A stretch of DNA of 54,110 nucleotides from assembly GCA_965649825.1 (NCBI GenBank), contig OZ287715.1, positions 185,866 to 239,975 on the forward strand, written 5' to 3'. Position 1 is the stretch's first letter. Each line of letters starts with the position of its first letter. The notes beneath the pieces are model-generated. The model had not been told where the DNA came from. It saw only the letters and a program-made list of their open reading frames with translations, and ran no database searches. This document shows positions 1 to 9,218 of this stretch, one piece after another. Position numbers and translations under genes: made by a program. Source of the DNA: Penicillus capitatus (lineage: Eukaryota; Plantae; Chlorophyta).

Positions 1-296
1 CTCCCGTGGTCCGGCGGGGGGCCTCCCGTGGTCCGGCGGGGGGCCTCCCGTGGTCCGGCGGGGGGCCTCCCGTGGTCCGGCGGGGGGCCTCCCGTGGTCC
101 AGGCGGGGGGCCTCCCGTGGTCCAGGCGGGGGGCCTCCCGTGGTCCAGGCGGGGGGCCTCCCGTGGTCCAGGCGGGGGGCCTCCCGTGGTCCAGGCGGGG
201 GGCCTCCCGTGGTCCAGGCGGGGGGCCTCCCGTGGTCCAGGCGGGGGGCCTCCCGTGGTCCAGGCGGGGGGCCTCCCGTGGTCCAGGCGGGGGGGC
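1..296. repeat. Tandem array of 13 GC-rich units: 4 x 22 bp (CTCCCGTGGTCCGGCGGGGGGC) then 9 x 23 bp (CTCCCGTGGTCCAGGCGGGGGGC); possibly a terminal (telomere-like) array
   Basis: Read directly: units start at 1, 23, 45, 67 (22 bp) and 89, 112, 135, 158, 181, 204, 227, 250, 273 (23 bp). The overlapping ORFs in the track are translation artefacts of the repeat. Confidence 0.97.
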
Positions 297-466
297 AGTC
301 TTAAATGGCAACGTGAGAGCTTTCTCTGTTCTGCGAATGACACAACACCGATATTCTATCAAACGGCGGAAAACAATGTCGAAGACAGAGATATTCTCTC
401 AGACGGCGGAAAACAATGGCGAAGACCGAGTTCGCATTCCGACACATGGCATCTGAGTCATTGCAC
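294..466 (+). mobile_element. Isolated 5'-terminal 173-bp fragment of the LINE at 7501
   Basis: 172/173 identical to 7501-7673. Both begin GGCAGTCTTAAATGGCAACG and diverge after GTCATTGCAC. Confidence 0.95.
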
Positions 467-3400
467 TCAACTAATGCAAACAATCCCAACACGATCGCCA
501 TTTCATGGCCAACGGTCGATACATCGCAGATCCATCCATCCGTTACAGTGAGCACCTCAATGTCGTCTCAAGGCTGCTGAGAATTCGTGAAGACTTCGCA
601 GTAGATCATTGAGGTCGATGTTCGCACCTGCCCGAACCTGAATTCTGGATGATGATAATGACTGAACTGATTCGTCATGATAGAAGCATGAATTCCAGTT
701 CCGTTTCAGCAGGTATCCTGATGTCCAGAAAACCGTTGCTGTAGTCCACAGTTCTTCCCTGTAGCATTGCGTGCAGCTTTAGGACAAACCTCTGTTAAAC
801 CGGTTGTCCGAACAGAAAATTGACCTTAGCCACAATTCTACCCATCATCTCAAATTGTCAGAGTTCTGTTGCGAGGTCAGTAGTTTTCGACTGAGAAGAC
901 TTCGAACAACTGGCAGAATGACGAGACAGGCAAAGAGTGTTCCCTCGCACAAGATCTCTGATCTTGTTCCCGAAGAAAAAACGTCGGTGCTACTACAGGA
1001 CTTCAGGCAGTTCGTAAGGTATCCTTGCAAGATCTGCATACTCTTCTCCAAGAGCATTCAGGAGATAATTCCATACCGAACCATCCGAGTTTGTTAATCG
1101 TACATCACCTAGATGGAACACAACAAACCAACCCTCAGACGCGGTAACACTTAAACAGACCACCTAGTTTGCAGCCAATAAGAACGCACCATTAAGTAAA
1201 TCCAGTTCCTGGTTCGTAGCTTTGCACATAATCCAACACCCCTGCCTCACTTCGTCTGCCAACTGCCCATCTGACCATGTACACTCTCCAAGAAAGAGTC
1301 GTATTCTTTCTTTCTCGGAGAGTAGGTTTCCTGGCTGATGTCTCCATATTTGCAGATTCCTTTCTTCGCTAAACTTGACTCCTGCAAGAGCTGTTACACC
1401 CGATAGCGATGAAATATTGTGCAAAGCCCCTATTGCTTGAACAGGACCTCCATTAGAAATTCGCGTATCCAAGAGGGAACCAGACTGAAAGGATGTCTTG
1501 TCAGTACTCCCCTAACAAGCGTTTTATTCCAGAATAAGTTCTAGCAGGTAGAAGATGCAAGTAATCACGTTTTCCGCTGATTGTGTGCGTGTGGAAGAAC
1601 TCGGACAATTCATACTCACGTCTTCTTTAATCTTGTCTTCTGAAGATCTCCCGCAGACATCACTTTCTTCGCTTTCCGCCTTTGTACGTTGGTACTCGAC
1701 CTAGAGTTGGGTTCGTGTGGCAACAAAAATCAAAGAGCCTGGCCTGACCTTTGTGTCACTAATGGTCAGCGGATGCTGCAAAAAACTTCTCTGCGTTAGT
1801 CAGGGACTCATTTTCTTCGTCCTCCAATGCTACCCCAGTCAACCTCTTTTTCAATAACAATCATTAAGTGATCTGGCTTCGTCTTGTGCGTCCTTCATTG
1901 CTTGTCTGTAGCTGGCCGTTGCCTCCAAATATACGAGCCGTTTGCTTGGAATGAACAAGTCGTCTCCCGAAGTAGCCACCTGATACACTGTTCTCAAGCA
2001 CAATGTATAAAGCGCTACAATACACTTCTACCGAGAATCTCACATCTCCATAGTTGTCTGTGTGCAAACTGACTGTTTTCTCCCCTTTCTTCGCGTTCGA
2101 CAATGCACTGTACAACAAAACAATTGGCATTTCAAAGGAAAGGTGTACATCTGGACCTCTTGGCCATCAACTGTATGTCTCTCAGCGTGACGCTTAATGG
2201 CTTATTGATGCAAAGACCGACTGAGGCTTCTTCTGTATGTGACAATTAAAATACAGACCGTCGCGTTTCTTCCTTTTTCATTGTCCAGGGCATTACCATA
2301 AAGACAACAGATCGTTTAAACCAGCAGGTCAGCATCGAATGAGCAATTAAGACGACACCTCGTGAGGGCTCTGTCACCAGCTTTACATTTCCCTAAGAGC
2401 GATTCAGAGCAATCCGCGAAGTAGCAGATGTGACGGATCGATTACATTCGATGCTCCACTTGATCTTCTGCTTCCTACAAACTTTCCACAAAGGAAGAAA
2501 GACGGCATTGGAGTCATACCCAGAAGTTGATATCTTCTTCCCTTTTCTTAGAGCTTCATTGATAAATCGCAGCAGGTGCAGACTCTCTCCAATGGACGTG
2601 CTGTCACGCTCATGCACACATCAAGTTTCTAAGAGATAGAGACGTGTGGGATCGATTTCTTACCAGCAGATTTGCTCCTTGCTTTACTCTGTCGACCAAG
2701 TCATATTTCTTGTCTGACGTGGGAATGTAGAAATCCTTCATTCCGAAGTAAACATTGAGTATTCTCCTGAACGTGTACGGAAGGACTTCGGCATCGTTTC
2801 GAAGAATCGCCTGTCACGAAGAACAGAGAACTGTTGATCTAGCATCAATAACTCGCTTTACCTTCAAGACTGGACTCTCCGACTCTCCTCCAGAGTCTTC
2901 GACCTAACATGACATTGCCGACCATACCGAACGTAAACGTGTACTGCGCGTGTAACTGGTTCCGGATCTTACCCCTTCAGAATACCACGGTACACAGCTT
3001 TGGTGAGGGGGCTGTTCGCGTATGCCATGTGTTTCAATTCGACTTCCGCAAATGTGTCCGTCACTCAAAGGACAAAAGGAACACGTCAGACCACACGTTC
3101 TATGTTCGAGGTCTAAGCGTCGTGGAAGCCGTTATCGATGATCCAACCTTAATGTACATGTTCCGTGATGCACTAAAACGAATTCGAAGGTTGACGCCAG
3201 AGAAAGTCGTGTGTTGAAGAAAAACCTATTTTCGCCACATCTTCGGAACTCCTTGCGCGTTTCTCAAGCCGTCTGATGACCGATTCGTCGTTCCTCACGA
3301 ATCACTATTCTTTGAGTAGACTATGCACGCCGCACCCCAGAGCAAACCTTCATAGTTCCGGTGGTTTTGATGCTGCCGCATTGGTTGTGTGCTTACCTTG

Positions 3401-3900
3401 GCGCATTGGCAAGGTTGACTTGGTCACCACCATGAGTTCTGTTGTCTAAAAATGTCAGGAACAGGTTTGCTGACGCGGGCTCACCTCTCGAACTGGATCT
3501 GATTTTGGTCATTCGCTGTTTCTTAACAAATACCAACCCTACTGCACTTAACATCCGCACAGACTTCAGGATAATGATGGACCACTTCGGGATAACTGTC
3601 GACTTCTGGACAAATAAACCAAACAACGTGTAGGTCAATGTTGTCGTCTATGCTGAATGTGGGCAACATGGCCAGCCAAAGGACTTAACATGCTGACGTC
3701 AAACGAGGCAGCTTGTACTATACTTCACAGGTCTCGCTTTCCGAAAAGAAAGAAGCATTCTACCTTACCCTTTGGGAAGTGGTCCATTCTTCACAATAAA
3801 AAGGAAGCTCGATACGATTTCGCTACAAAGAGAGAAAAGAACTGCCCTACCTGCAGAAGTTTCCAATGTTCTGAGTGGAACGAAAGCAGCGATAGCGCTG
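467..3900 (-). pseudogene. Decayed intron-containing gene-like sequence of unknown family
   Basis: Protein-like minus-strand segments (e.g. AILRNDAEVLPYTFRRILNVYFGMKDFY, HERDSTSIGESLHLLRFINEAL, PGSLIFVATRTQL) separated by GT-AG intron-like stretches and many in-frame stops. No family recognised. Confidence 0.35.
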
Positions 3901-3931
3901 CATATGAGACAAAACAGTAAATACAAATGAA

Positions 3932-4231
3932 TATCTACCTTGGCAGCAGGATTGACGGCACACGTCCATGTTTCCGCCACCCAGAGGCAGCCCTCCGCGC
4001 CGGAAGATGTCAGTCCTCGACGCGGAAGTCGCTAGACAGATGTCTAGAGTCAGAAAGAGAATCGGTGGCCGACTGGAGACACTATACGTTAAGACCCGCG
4101 TTCCTGAAAGTAGTTTCGATCGGCTCGACAAAGGGAAACGCATCCAGTAAAGGACGGGCCGAAAGACGACCCGGCTTGGCACAAGTTGCTGGTACAAGGA
4201 CAAAAAAGATGACGAGATAGAGAGGATGCAT
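3932..4231 (-). pseudogene. 5' fragment (signal peptide and exon 2) of Cys-rich secreted protein paralogue
   Basis: Close nucleotide match to about 14480-14777 (MHPLYLVIFFVLVPATCAK...AEGCLWVAETWTC); similarity stops near 3932. Confidence 0.8.
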
Positions 4232-4288
4232 CGCTCAAACGCCGCCAAGCCAAAGAGGGCAAGAAGGACAAAATTTCAGGTGACATCT

Positions 4289-5143
4289 TCAACCTTTGGC
4301 ACATGTCTTTGCATTTTTGAACGAAGAGCACTTCTCCTGGGCTTCATGGAAAGGCTTTTCGAGGGCGGGATCCTGGCGAAAGATTTCATCTCTAATCTTG
4401 ACATTCGAAATTTTGCAAGCTATGACAGAGAGGTAGGTATAGGGGATTTGATTCAATTGAGAAGACTTGCTTTCATCTGAGCGATCCCAGCCGCAGTCGG
4501 GCATCTTGTCACACATCGCCATATTCTTGCTGCTCCTGCAGTTGGCATTGACGCGCATGTGGTAATACCGACACATAGGATCGGTCAAATTCTGTCCGGC
4601 GTTTTTCAGAAGCTCTGTGTCCATAAAGGCGTTGCCCAGAACGCAAGCACTCCGATCCAAGCGGCAAGGATCTGCAGCCATCTATAAAAACGCTACGAAC
4701 ACCATTGAGGGAAGGAAACCTGTGCGTTCCGTTGCGTTTCTAATGTGCGAACATCGCAAAGCCTGTCGTATGATGACCTTGTCTGTTGAGTTGGTAACGC
4801 GATCCAGCAACAGCTGGACGCACGTGAAAGCAAACCATGCAAATTCCTGTTCGAAACCCAAGAGAGATTGGCATTACCTCGTCTGCAATTGCGAAAGACT
4901 CGGCTAAGACGGCAGCACCGTGAATGCAGCCTTGGTTTTCCGAGTAGGTACACATGGGATCGGTATTGCACGTGTCGATGGAAGCATTGTGATATCTGTC
5001 CTTGCAGTAAACATAGTATGGGAACAAGTACTCCAGGTACGCGTCGACGTAATCACAAATCCCAGGTACGCGTCGACGTAATCAATCACAAATCTGCGGC
5101 GACACGAGTTAGACAGCGAAGAACCCATTTTATTCACGAACCA
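4289..5143 (-). pseudogene. 3' half of Cys-rich secreted protein paralogue
   Basis: Close match to 12954-13773 with the same introns; disrupted by a 29-bp tandem duplication plus a 4-bp duplication at about 5033-5094. Confidence 0.85.
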
Positions 5144-5309
5144 TGTCGCCCGGCGATGGGACTACTGTCTTGTTTTCGTAGAGGCCGCGGGTCTGTTTTT
5201 GGATGGGAAGGTGTAGCGAACCTATGACCTGTCGCTTGGAGATCGACACAAGTGTAAGTAGATGAGTTCATTGTTAGGGGCGTGTTGGCTTAACACAACA
5301 TGGGCACAC

Positions 5310-6070
5310 CTATCTTCTGTCTAATCTCCGAAGGAAGTCACGATGGACATTGTGCAGTGTCGAACCATTGGGCATGCGGATATCCCAACGGTGGTCACTA
5401 TGTTTCTTCACCACCACACAAGGATAGACCCATTTGGAGTAGAGTTTGGAGTCGAGGCGGTCGGCCAGCTGCGTGTTGTACCATGAAACCTATGCTCCTT
5501 CTTCAATGGGACGGATCTTGACTGTCTTGTGGTGTCTTGCTTTGGTTGTCTGGTGTGCCTTAATTATTCGTTGATAAGCTAGTCCTCGGTCGGTGTCTAG
5601 TTGTTGTGGACTAGTTATCGTGCCATCCCGTTGTGTGTCAGTTAGAAGGTATTGTGGACTGAACAGAGTCGTACTATTGTCAATATCAAGAAGCTGAAGG
5701 AGGAGAAAGAACTGAAGGGGAAGATGATACCGTGACATGAAGCATGACGCAATCATAACGTCATGCTGGAAAATCATATAAAAAGGGGGTTTTCAAACAC
5801 TCGATGCCTTTTTGTGAAAAACGTCCTGTTTACTTTTAAGAAACACATTCGCACGTAACACCAGTCACACTTTTGATAGTTGATCGTTAGGCCATATTCG
5901 TCAAAACGTTCAAATAAAAGCTTAGTCTTGTGTAGGAGTTCTTTCTCCGATTCACCTCCGACTAGTATGTCGTCAAAGTATCGTACCACATCCAGGCCCT
6001 GTAGGATGTGGGTCATGCGGTTATTGAACAGTTCGGGACTGACGTTGACTCCCTGTGGCAGTCTCCGCAA
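5310..6070 (-). mobile_element. Internally deleted Ty3/Gypsy LTR-retrotransposon remnant: RT fragment and integrase C-terminus
   Basis: RLPQGVNVSPELF...RYFDDILV...GLTINYQKC (RT, about 5860-6066). TTLFSPQYLL...AYQRIIKAHQTTKARHHKTVKIRPIEEGA*VSWYN...KLYSKWVYPCVVVKKHSD...IRMPNG...NVHRDFLRR resembles the GPY/F-type integrase tail (about 5310-5680). RNase H and integrase core are absent; no LTR pair was identified. Confidence 0.72.
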
Positions 6071-6639
6071 TCGCGAACGTCAACAATGAGTGAGATCTGA
6101 GCATGGGCCTGAGGAGCCTGAGGAACCTGCGTCTGAGTGGTTGCCAACGGAGTAGCAGACATTGATGAAGTACTGGCCGTGTCTTTCGCCGATTCTGTTT
6201 ACTCGCCACGCCGACTTTTTCTCGCGGCTGATCTTCAGAACTGCGTTTAAGGCTTCTAACTTCTTCGATTCGCTCTCCACAGATAGAATGTTTTCGGCGT
6301 TCAACGCCAATATCCAGAAATCCGCAAAGGCGGTCCAGGATGCCATCACTTCTCTCTCTCTTGAACGATTCTTCTTACCACACAGTGGACCTTGTCCTTT
6401 AGTCTGTCTGAGCCGGAAATCGGAAAGGCGTGTGGTCCATAATCAGCACTGTCTCCTTCGGTATCCATGAGAGCATCGCGAATCCGTTTTTTTAAGATCT
6501 GGAACACCTGCGCATCGAACTCCTGCGCTGCAATCCGGTTGAGCACTGTCTCCAGCATGCCTTCCATTGGCGTCGATGGCCGCAACTGTGACGGTGCGCC
6601 CGCCATCGCCTCGGGTCTTCTGGTAAAGGGACGCTGCCG

Positions 6640-6875
6640 TTGTCGTCTCGTTGGCGTGGACGCGTATCGCGAACGAGTCCTCGAGCTCTTCAGTGTCCGG
6701 GTTTCTTCGCTTGAGGCGCGTGATTTCACGTATGGTCTTCTGTGCTTCGGATGGAGGGAGTTCATGTATCTCTGTGTTCTTGATCAGCTCCTCCCTGATT
6801 TCTTCCCACCGTGATCGATTTGTCGACACCGTTGATGATGAAGGACGGTCCAGGGGGGGCCTCCCGTGGTCCAGG
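6640..6875 (-). mobile_element. Fragment of ORF1 (gag-like) from a second, diverged LINE family
   Basis: After removing one extra G, GPSFIINGVDKSITWEEIREELIKN...QKTIREITRLKRRNPD...AIRVHA aligns with GPSVVIENVPEISTDELIEDLVWKN...QKMIKGATRLKRRLPD...GIRLFA of ORF1 at 7623-9218. Confidence 0.72.
6847..6875. repeat. Single interstitial copy of the terminal array unit
   Basis: GGTCCAGGGGGGGCCTCCCGTGGTCCAGG; 22 bp (6854-6875) match the array exactly, but the period here is 21 bp. Confidence 0.95.
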
Positions 6876-7622
6876 ACAAAAAGTCGTGTGTTTGTTGACA
6901 GATTCGTCGTCCGACTCGGTGGACTTTCTCCCTAAACTGATCATTCCCAGAGACTGGGAAGGTATGCGGACCATAGTTCAAGCTGTCTCCCTCGGTGGTC
7001 GTCAAGGCTTCATGAACCTGTCTTCGGAAGGTTCGGAAAATCTTCCGATCAATGTGTTGCGCTCCAATCTGGTTCAGCGCTCTTTGAATGTCGTCTTCCA
7101 TACGGCGTCGGCGTCGATTTCAATGCTGATGGCCGAACGAGGTTGTTCAAGTAGTCTTCACTGAACTTGCCAGAAGAGAGCAGTGCTTGAGACAAGACAC
7201 TGGCAAAATTAACGCGGCGCTGCTGTTTTTGGAAAAGAACTGTCAAGAGTTCAAGTTTTCGTCGCTGAGAAGGCGCTCGGGTGAATGCCCTTCGGTGAAG
7301 TCAAGATCCTCAACCAATACGTCGAGCAAAGCAACCACACCACGTCGCCAAACTTGGCAGCCAACTAACACGGACACAGCATCATCATCCGTTAACAGTT
7401 AACCATCGCTCAGTCTCCGCTATCGCTGAGGCGTTTGGCGCGACGACGAGTGAACGGGGAATTGCGCTTGGCGTTCCATGCGTTTTGTGCTTTACCGTGA
7501 GGCAGTCTTAAATGGCAACGTGAGAGCTTTCTCTGTTCTGCGAATGACACAACACCGATATTCTATCAAACGGCGGAAAACAATGTCGAAGACAGAGATA
7601 TTCTCTCAGACGGCGGAAAACA

Positions 7623-9218
7623 ATGACGAAGACCGAGTTCGCATTCCGACACATGGCATCTGAGTCATTGCACCTTTTCTGTCACGTCATGATTCGTTCT
7701 CCTCGAGTGGCGTCGGACATGCTTGACCCAGGGTCGGGGAAGGTTCGGAAGACTTCAGATCTACGTTCTGATATGCCTCCCCTCCCTTCTAGGGAGGGCA
7801 TAGCGCGTGCTCCTTCAAAAGAACTCAAACGGTTGCTCAAACAGCGAGGTTGCTCATTTCGCAGCCAGGCACCTGTCTTCGAACTTCGCAGCATGATATC
7901 GTCTCTTATCGACGAATCCGAGGTTCAACTTCGCCACCCTGCCGAAGCTCAGCAGGCCTCCTCGGCCACTCAGCCTCCGCCCGTAACGGAAGCTACGAAT
8001 GTTCCATCAGTCGCGTCCTCTGTCACCAATCCAGTCATAGAGACCTGCGAGAAGCTTGCCGCTATCCTTGAGAAAATGAGAATGGCTGACCAGCAGTTGG
8101 ACCGCGATTTCTTTGCCCAAGTCGCCGGTGCCTATGTTGATGGAATTCGAGCGGGCTTTCTTCTTGGAGCGAAGACTCTGCCCAAAGAACCTGCCAGCAC
8201 GTTAGAGACTTTCCGCGCACCTCCAAAGGCTGCGCTGTCCTATGCAGCTGTGGCCCGACGGGAAGGGCAAAACTGGAGTCAGATTCCGAAAGCTTCCGTC
8301 GCGAACCTCAGAGATCGACAGCGCTCTGACAAGAAATCTGCCCTTGCCAACCTCGCTAAGATAGGAGCCGGTGGTCGAGATCCTGAAAGGACGCGCATTT
8401 GGGAACCGGAGTTTCGCTCCTACAACCAGGTGCCCGTTGATAGACTGAAATTCAAGACCGAGCTCGAACAAGCCCTTCACAGGATCTGTGGCAGCAGTCG
8501 TTGTATAGAGCGCTGCTCGAATCGCCTCGACAGAGGCGGATTTCTCATCCAAATCTCAGAGCCAGCGTGGTCGAAGCTCAGCGACCTGAACCAAGACGCA
8601 GTGGCACTAGAAACCCTCGGTACTTGGAAGAGATTACCACCTCCCAGTGGACCATCTGGCCCATCTGTCGTCATCGAAAACGTTCCGGAGATCTCTACAG
8701 ACGAACTTATCGAAGACCTCGTATGGAAAAACTGTTCCGTGATTGGACTGCGACCAGAAGAAATCCAAAAGATGATAAAAGGCGCCACACGCCTCAAACG
8801 TCGTCTTCCAGACGGATCATGGGGCGAAGGACGTGGAATCCGCCTTTTTGCGGAACACGATCTACTGGAGATCCTGATCAACCAAGGGGGCTGCTTCGTC
8901 AATTTGAGCGCGCGTTACTGTCGCAGATTCGAGCCAGTTTCCTATCTATGCATGAAATGCGGGTGCGTGGGGCATCACAAAGCAGTAGACTGTCCCAACC
9001 CTCCCCTCTGCTCTTATTGCAAGCAGTCACACTTGTCCTCCGAATGCCCATCCCGCAAGGCTTCGGAGCAGCCGTCGGCACAATCAGCTCCTCTTGAGCG
9101 AAACCGAGTAAGCAGCTGGGGTTCAGACGTCGAAGAGGAAGACGCTGCCATGGCAGTAGATGCAGCTCCCCACCCTGTCCAGCAAACGTCACCGTTAATG
9201 CAACATGGAGAACAGTAA
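7623..9218 (+). CDS. LINE ORF1 (gag-like nucleic-acid-binding protein)
   Basis: 531-aa ORF with CMKCGCVGHHKAVDC and CSYCKQSHLSSEC knuckles near the C-terminus. The true start codon may be downstream. Confidence 0.9.
   Translation: MTKTEFAFRHMASESLHLFCHVMIRSPRVASDMLDPGSGKVRKTSDLRSDMPPLPSREGIARAPSKELKRLLKQRGCSFRSQAPVFELRSMISSLIDESEVQLRHPAEAQQASSATQPPPVTEATNVPSVASSVTNPVIETCEKLAAILEKMRMADQQLDRDFFAQVAGAYVDGIRAGFLLGAKTLPKEPASTLETFRAPPKAALSYAAVARREGQNWSQIPKASVANLRDRQRSDKKSALANLAKIGAGGRDPERTRIWEPEFRSYNQVPVDRLKFKTELEQALHRICGSSRCIERCSNRLDRGGFLIQISEPAWSKLSDLNQDAVALETLGTWKRLPPPSGPSGPSVVIENVPEISTDELIEDLVWKNCSVIGLRPEEIQKMIKGATRLKRRLPDGSWGEGRGIRLFAEHDLLEILINQGGCFVNLSARYCRRFEPVSYLCMKCGCVGHHKAVDCPNPPLCSYCKQSHLSSECPSRKASEQPSAQSAPLERNRVSSWGSDVEEEDAAMAVDAAPHPVQQTSPLMQHGEQ

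Larger units (their letters stand above)
6080..7110 (-). mobile_element. Two diverged copies of a ~90-aa module, the second running into a Gypsy gag-like segment
   Basis: MEDDIQRALNQIG...TEGDSLNYGPHTFPVSG...KVHRVGRRI (about 6876-7101) vs MEGMLETVLNRIA...TEGDSADYGPHAFPISG...KVHCVVRRI (about 6332-6580). The downstream WTAFADFWILALNAENILSVESESKKLEAL resembles a Gypsy gag N-terminus (inference). Confidence 0.4.

Noticed and set aside
1-296. CRISPR array
   Set aside because: Units are contiguous with no unique spacers, there are no cas genes, and the context is eukaryotic.
294-380. HDV-like ribozyme at the LINE 5' end
   Set aside because: GCGAATG resembles J4/2, but I could not find matching P1, P2 and P3 pairings.
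6-551. Long Gly/Pro-rich ORFs at the window start
   Set aside because: They result from translating the 22/23-bp repeat, which lacks stops in all three plus-strand frames.
466-3900. Non-canonical genetic code (TAA/TAG as Gln, as in some ulvophytes) to explain the stops
   Set aside because: Conserved genes end in TAG or TAA (HECT, Ran, PAM18), long exons have no internal TAA/TAG, and the decayed region also has TGA stops and frameshifts.
5700-5800. LTR with TATA box (CATATAAAAAGGGG)
   Set aside because: There is no second copy in the window and it lies between the RT and integrase remnants.
6847-6875. Bona fide telomerase RNA gene
   Set aside because: The site lies within protein-coding remnants, its period (21) differs from the array (23), and no type-3 Pol III promoter elements were recognisable. 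Kept only as a template-like geometry in the findings.
7470-7500. Target-site duplication or tRNA primer-binding site beside the LINE 5' end
   Set aside because: No matching direct repeat near the 3' end, and TGGAACGCCAAGCGC did not match a tRNA 3' end I recognise.
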